Source: Octopus vulgaris (taxonomy: Eukaryota). Taken from it: a DNA stretch of 64,000 bases. Position numbers and translations under genes: made by a program. Below are positions 57,961-64,000 of this stretch, one piece after another. Numbering within the stretch: the stretch's first letter is position 1; the number at the start of each line of letters is the position of its first letter. The stretch lies in contig OX597817.1 of NCBI GenBank assembly GCA_951406725.2, forward strand, positions 144,212,001 through 144,276,000, in the 5' to 3' direction. A model generated the notes under the pieces. The model did no database searches. It saw only the letters and a list, made by a program, of their open reading frames with translations, and was not told the DNA's origin.

Positions 57961-57972
57961 TACGACGACGAC

Positions 57973-58025
<53 letters not shown>

Positions 58026-58229
58026 CGACGACGACGACGATGATGATGATGAGAATGATGATGGTGACGGAAATGATGACGATGAGAATGATGACGATGA
58101 CAACGATAATGACGATGCTGATGATTACAATGATGGTAATGACGACGACAACGATGATGATAATGATGACAACGACGACGAATTCTTTTATTTGACACAA
58201 GGACAATTGAAGGGGAAAACATTTCACGT

Positions 58230-58620
58230 CCTGTTTACAATTTGTGTTGGGGGTTTACTTTAAAAATAAGCAAAAAAGGACAGGTAGGGAGCGCTGGGAT
58301 AAAAAGTGAACAGATTATACATGCAAACCCAAGGATGATGCAGTCCTCTTGATCCAAGAACGCATTCAATTACGGCCAATCCATAAATCCAGGATCAACA
58401 TGACTACCAAGGGTGCAAACTTTTGTCTAACTTTTGTTCGCCACTCTACAGATCCACGCTTGGAGCAGGTTATTTTTGCCACAGTCACTCACCTTTCAAC
58501 AAATTCCCTGGAGGGGAAGATTTCCCTCTCCATTAGAATTAGATAAAGTCAATGAGAGCTTGACCGATAAGGAAAGCGTCTTTTTTCAATCCTTGCACGG
58601 TCAGAATAACCAGGAAAGTA
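58230..58620 (-). mobile_element. Possible decayed Tx1/L1 3' end
   Basis: Minus GLKKDAFLIGQALIDFI resembles a Tx1-type ORF2 C-terminus; weak. Confidence 0.35.
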
Positions 58621-58625
58621 TAAGA

Positions 58626-58802
58626 CAGTTCTATATTTAAGAGATGACGGATTATGTACATTATTTACATTATTTACATTTGACGGATATTTGTCCTCAT
58701 CTTGTTTGTTGTTAACGTTTCGGCTGATATACTCTCCAGCCTTCATCAGGTGTCTTGGGGAAATTTCGAACCTCGGTTCTCATTCCTAAGGTATTTTTCG
58801 AT
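58626..58802 (-). mobile_element. Hammerhead repeat family A, copy 4 (HHR 58714-58754)
   Basis: Minus GACAC-CTGATGA-A-GGCTGG(AGAGTATA)TCAGCC-GAAACGTT; 3' strand of stem I deleted. Confidence 0.78.
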
Positions 58803-58814
58803 GGAATTTTATGA

Positions 58815-59250
58815 TTCAGTGCGACCATGAGATTGAGAATAGGAAGCTGGATATATTTTTAATTGAGAAAGAAAACAAACTATGCTGGATCATAGACATA
58901 GCATGCCCAGCTGACAACAAGGTATGCGACAAGGAAGAAAGAAAAGTCGAGAGATATGACAGGTTAGCTTGGGAAGTTAAGCAGTTGTGATCGATGAAAA
59001 AGGCAGCAGTGGTGCTAATAATTGTCGGAGCCCTGGGAACAGTGAGCAAAAATCTCGAGAAGTGCGTGGAACAAATAGGGGCTGCAATAAGGCTGGAGCA
59101 CTTGCAGAAAACAACACTGCTTGGAACCGCTCGAATACTCCGGAAGGTGCTCGAAAAATAAGAGGTGTTACTTTAGTTCACTGGTAGTGAACAGCTGACA
59201 CCGTAGTACATCTCCAGCGTTTGAAGCTGTGCAAAGGCAATAAATAATAA
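58815..59250 (+). mobile_element. R4/Dong 3' end with AAT tail
   Basis: QCDHEIENRKLDIFLIEKENKLCWIIDIACPADNKV..KEERKVERYDRLAWEV..IIVGALG. Confidence 0.85.
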
Positions 59251-59593
59251 TTTCAAATTTTGGCACAAGGCTAGCAATTTCGGGAGAGGTATAAGTTAAT
59301 TACATGGATTCCAGTGCTTGACTGATACTTAATTTATCGACTCCGAAAGGATGAAAGGTGAAGTCGACTCGATAAGACTCCACGCAGGGTCTGTCTACCA
59401 AATTCACCCACGAGGTGCTCTCTAGCAGAAGGCACTTACCCCAGGTGCTACACCATGAGATTGAACTTGAAACGATGTGGTTGCAAAACGAATTTCTTAA
59501 CTACACAACCATTTCCTTGAAACAAATTCAAATAAAAGAGATCAACGTAAACCATTCTGCCAGAATCACTGGGGAAAATATTACGATTTGATA

Positions 59594-59995
59594 AGGCGAG
59601 AGCTGGCAGAAACGTTAGCACACCGGGCGAAATGCTCAGCGGTATTTCGTCCGCCGTTGCGTTCTGAGTTCAAATTCCGACGAGGTCGACTTTGCCTTTC
59701 ATCCTTTCGGGGTCGATTAAATAAGTACCAGTTACGCACTGGGGTCGATATAATCGACTTTATCCGTTTGTCTGTCCTTGTTCGCCCCCTCTGTGTTTAG
59801 CCCCTTGTGGGCAGTAAAGAAATAGGTATTTCGTCTGTCTTTACGTTCTAAGTTCAAATTCCGCCGAGGTCGACTTTGCCTTTCATCCTTTCGGGGGCGA
59901 TAAATTAAGTACCAGTTGCTTACTGGGTTCGATCTAACCGACTGTCCCCCTCCCCAAAAATTTCGGGCCTTGTGCCTAGAGCAGAAAAGAATATT
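59594..59995 (+). mobile_element. SINE S2 dimer
   Basis: Two units joined at AAAGAAATA|GGTATTTCGTC (~59825). Confidence 0.85.
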
Positions 59996-60611
59996 AGGAT
60001 TTGGCATGTAAAAGGTACAAAAATATTTCTTAGAAATAATGTGAAGCCAAGTTGATGGGGATAGTGGAGTGTAGGACGTTTTAATTCAATATTTAATGAG
60101 TCGGTTGAGTGTTTTGATTCCCTCATGGTTCCTGATTCTAGACGATGTTATCGTGATTCAGAATATTACGATGGTCGAATGGACAAAGTGCTTCACTCTC
60201 GTTATTAGGCTGCCATTTTGTAAGCTGTTTCTCCGTGATGATGTCTACGTGTTTATCTGTACATGTGTGTGCATGTGTGCACATATGCATGTGTATGTAT
60301 AAGTATGTATGCGTATGCTAGAAGGAAAAAGCAAGTGAGTGAGAGACAGATAGATAGAAAGAGAGAGAAACGTGTATGTATATGTGTGGGAGTAAGTGTG
60401 TGTTTGTGACTCTTTGTATGGGTGTGTATGCATATATGTGTGTGGCGATGTAGCTGTTACAAGGCTTTGTGGAAATTGTGAATGCATAAACAGTATAGTC
60501 AATCGCATTCAACTTTTATTTACTAAAAGTTATTCAAAATACATTCTACATCAATGTGAACAAAATTATCAATCGAAAATCACTAAGAAATATTATCATT
60601 CTTATAAATGA

Positions 60612-60995
60612 CTAGCAGTATCGCCCGGCGTTGCTCAGGTTTGTAAGGGAAATAACTATAAAGCATTTTTAGAGAGTTATAGCCAAAAAATAGCAAAAAA
60701 ATGGAAAAAAATGATGGTAAATTTTTTTTGAGATTTAAAAAAGGTGGAGTTGCGTCCCCTAGACAGTTTGTGGTTTGTGTTTCTCATTGTCGACCCCATG
60801 TCGAATTTATCGATTTTTTTCAGAACTGGGGGAACTTTTCAAAATTTTCGCTGCGTTAGTTTTGAATTATGACATTGGGCTATGTGTGTGTCAAGTTTCA
60901 TCAGAATCGGTTGAAAGCCGTGGTCAGGGTGAGGGTACAAGCAAACAGACACACAGAAACACGCACAGACAAACTGCCGTTTATATAGAGAGAGA
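60612..60995 (-). mobile_element. Non-autonomous Helitron, family H2
   Basis: Minus A|TCTCTCTCTATATAAAC...GAGCAACGCCGGGCGATACTGCTAG|T; same 3' end as H1 with a different interior. Confidence 0.85.
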
Positions 60996-61194
60996 TTAAA
61001 ATGAATTACAAATGTAGAAATAGTTATCACTACATAATCAATACAACAGCAATAGAATATTAATGAAGACTTGGTGGTTTCTGCTCTGTTTCTTAGCAGC
61101 AAGTTGTCTCCTGACGAAAATACGAAAACCTTTTCCCAAACGAGTCTGCTTTGGTAAGTAGGTACATGCATGGTATAATTTAGCATCACGGATA

Positions 61195-61465
61195 TATTTG
61201 TATCAGATTCTCCTGTGCTCTCCAGCACGTTGGGCAGCATGTGGGCTCCATTGGTTTTTGTTGGCTGTAGTTTTCTATACATCTGATCATGTGATATCGG
61301 TCTCTTTGATGTCGGTTATGAATGTTCTGCACCATGTGGTTTTTGGTCTTCCTCTCTTTATTTCTCCATCTTCTGATGTCCATTTGAAAGTTGTTTTAGA
61401 ATGGTGCTGTTCTGGAAGTCGGAATATGTGACCTGCTAGTTTTAATCTTCGTTGTGTGATAACTT
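61195..61465 (-). mobile_element. RTE-clade LINE 3' end
   Basis: ITQRRLKLAGHIFR..KW..KRGRPKTTWCRTFITDIK. Confidence 0.75.
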
Positions 61466-61695
61466 CGAGCTGGCAGAAACGTTAGCGAGCCGGCCGATAT
61501 GTTGAGCGGTATTTTGTCTGCCGTTACGTTCTGAGTTCAAATTCCGCCGAGGTCGACTTTGCCTTTCATCCTTTCGGGGTCGATAAATTAAGTACCAGTT
61601 ACGCACTGGGGTCGATATAATTGACTTAATCCGTTTGTCTGTCCTTGTTTGTTCTCTCTGTGTTTAGCCCCTTGTGGGTAGTAAAGAAATAGGTA
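61466..61695 (+). mobile_element. SINE S2
   Basis: Consensus match ending AAAGAAATAGGTAT. Confidence 0.85.
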
Positions 61696-62364
61696 TTGTG
61701 TTGGTTCCCTTTAGAAAGTCTTTATTGGTTATATGGATCATATAATCAACCGTTCTAGGTACCTGCATGAGATAATTTGCCACTGTTGATATGTGAATTG
61801 TATGAATACAGAATACATTTTTCACTATATAAGTGTTGCATTCTCAATAGTAAGTGTTGTCAGAGGTGTGAACTTTCTTTGGTGTTATTTTATCAAGACG
61901 TTGTCTTTCAAAGAATGCTGAGTAGTTGTTCTGTATTAGTATCTTTTAGAAAGTTTTAGTGTGTCTTTCCTGAGAAATATGTGTAGATGTATACATACAT
62001 ATACATATATACACACATAAATATACATGGATGGTATATTTATTGCTGTACGTATATGACTGCTATTATTTATTGCTGTAAGCTGCAACAGCACAGAGCA
62101 ACTGACGGGTTTTTTTTATTGGTCCCCGCGTCTTCGTTGAATTCCGACAACACAAAATGGCCATTGTGTTACACGAAACGCTGTAAGATGGCGATTTGTC
62201 TTTTATTTGCTTAACAGTATTACAATATACTGTACTACACTACACCTTACTACACTTGGAATAGAAAGAGAAAGAGAAGGAACGCGAAGAAGACTGAAAA
62301 AAGAAGAAATAAATAGTTAACGATAAAAGTGATGTTGAAAAGATGAAACTGGATGGGCGAAATA

Positions 62365-63569
62365 TATGGGTTGGCCAAAATGTCTGCTGGCTTTATTTTT
62401 AAACGAAAATAAGTCGAGTTTTAAACACAAAGTGATTTATTTGTTCAATAATATAATTTCTATTTTGTTCCAGTATCTTCCATCTCCTGGGCAAATCCAT
62501 CATTCTTTGCCCAAAGAATTTCCTGACTTTACTTGCAAAAAGCTTTCCCAGGTGAGTTGTTACACCCTTTTTAGAGTTAAAGGTATGTTTATTCAGATAC
62601 TTTTGAAGAGACCAAAACATGTAGAAATTTGGAGGTGCAAGGTAGGGCAGGTATGGAGGATGCGGCGAAACGTCCCATCCAAGTCCCAGTAATTTCTTCT
62701 GCGTCTGCAAAGAAGTATACGGCTTGTCATTGTCGTGATGAAAGACAATGTCCTTGATATTAGCTACTGCTGGACGCTTCTGGCTGATCACTTCATTTAG
62801 TTTGTCCAGCTAGTCACAGTACATATCCGAACCGATGGTCTTGTCCATTGGAAGAACCTCGTAAAAGACAAAACCATTCCAGTCCCACCAAACTGAAAGC
62901 ATAATCTTCAACGGATGGAGTCCTGCCTTGGAGATTGCTTGTGGTGGTTCGTCGTGCTTCCCCCATGGTCATTTTCGCTCAACATTGTTATAGACAATTC
63001 AGTTTTCGTTCCTTGTCACCATTCTCTTTTAAAAAGGATCGTTTTCTTCATGTTTCAGCAATCAACCCGTTGGGCGAAGTTAGCCTCATTCAGTTGATGT
63101 GGGACCCCAAAATCTATCCTACTTACGCAACCAAGCTGATGCAGAGTATTTTCAACATTCGATTCGGATATTCTGAGAATATTTGCATTCATCCTGGTCG
63201 TATAACGGAGGTTGGTGTCGACTAACTCCTTCCCTTTATCACTGTTAATCTTAGTTGGCTGGCCAGAGCGAACAGCAATTTGACCCCCAAAATTTCCCGA
63301 TCTTCAAAACCACTTTAGGCACATCTGTTCTGTAACAGCATGCTCTCCATGCACATGGCTCACTCTCCAGCAGGTTTCCCGCTGTTTTCTTGCATTTTTA
63401 AAAAATAAAACATGAGATGTCGATAATATTCGTTTTAGTTCTCCATTTCCAGAGTGATCATTAAATACAACCTGTTTCATTGCAATTTCGAGTCAGACTA
63501 CGTTAGAGTGTACAAGTTCAAGGGACAGAGAAAGTTAAAGTCCGAACGGACTTTTTGGCCAACCCAATA
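62365..63569 (-). mobile_element. Full-length but inactivated mariner transposon (~1.2 kb)
   Basis: TIRs TATGGGTTGGCCAAAA / TTTTTGGCCAACCCAATA with TA ends; transposase remnant VFHHDN..LGWDVSPHPPYLPYLAP..LPRRW; stops and frameshifts upstream. Confidence 0.92.
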
Positions 63570-63587
63570 AATATATAAATATAATAA

Positions 63588-63618
<31 letters not shown>

Positions 63619-64000
63619 TGTATGTATGTATGTATGTATGTATGTATGCACGTATGTATACATATATATATATATATATATATATGGCCTAACCAGGCAA
63701 CTCCCGTCATTGAAATACGATTAGGAATGGTTCTGGTTAAATTTCGCTGCTTCCTGACACACACTGCTTAACTTTGTATACATATTCTCTCATCACGGTT
63801 CTATCGCGATACTGGATATTTTGCAGGAAAAGACCAAAAGTAAAAGAATAAAAATATGAACGAAAAATTATAATAATGGATGGATTATTGGCGTGTATTT
63901 TTGTAGGCCCCTGAAAATATTCCAATGTGATTGTTTTACCATAGGATGAACGATATATGGGATAAAAATTATATTGGAAATTTTCAAACAAGTTTTCTGC

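Overview
Non-coding, repeat-saturated animal genomic DNA. The SINE families and the very high density of (TA)n, (CA)n, (AAT)n and (ATAC)n microsatellites resemble Octopus (coleoid cephalopod) genomes; this assignment is from recognition, not a search. No intact host gene or convincing exon could be supported, and nearly all ORFs in the track are translated microsatellites. The window holds decayed mobile elements: Penelope-like elements (PLE; GIY-YIG and RT remnants), R4/Dong-type REL LINEs sitting in (AAT)n, CR1, RTE and Tx1/L1 fragments, mariner, maT-like and hAT DNA transposons, four non-autonomous Helitrons and many tRNA-derived SINEs. The most notable signal is a set of minimal type-I hammerhead ribozyme (HHR) motifs in several unrelated repeat families. 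Two families have the compensatory U3-A8 core. One family (4 copies) is fused at 34.05-34.76 kb to a Pol III tRNA-like head, suggesting a SINE/retrozyme hybrid. Several long fold-back palindromes and an H-type pseudoknot are also present. Boundaries of decayed elements are approximate.
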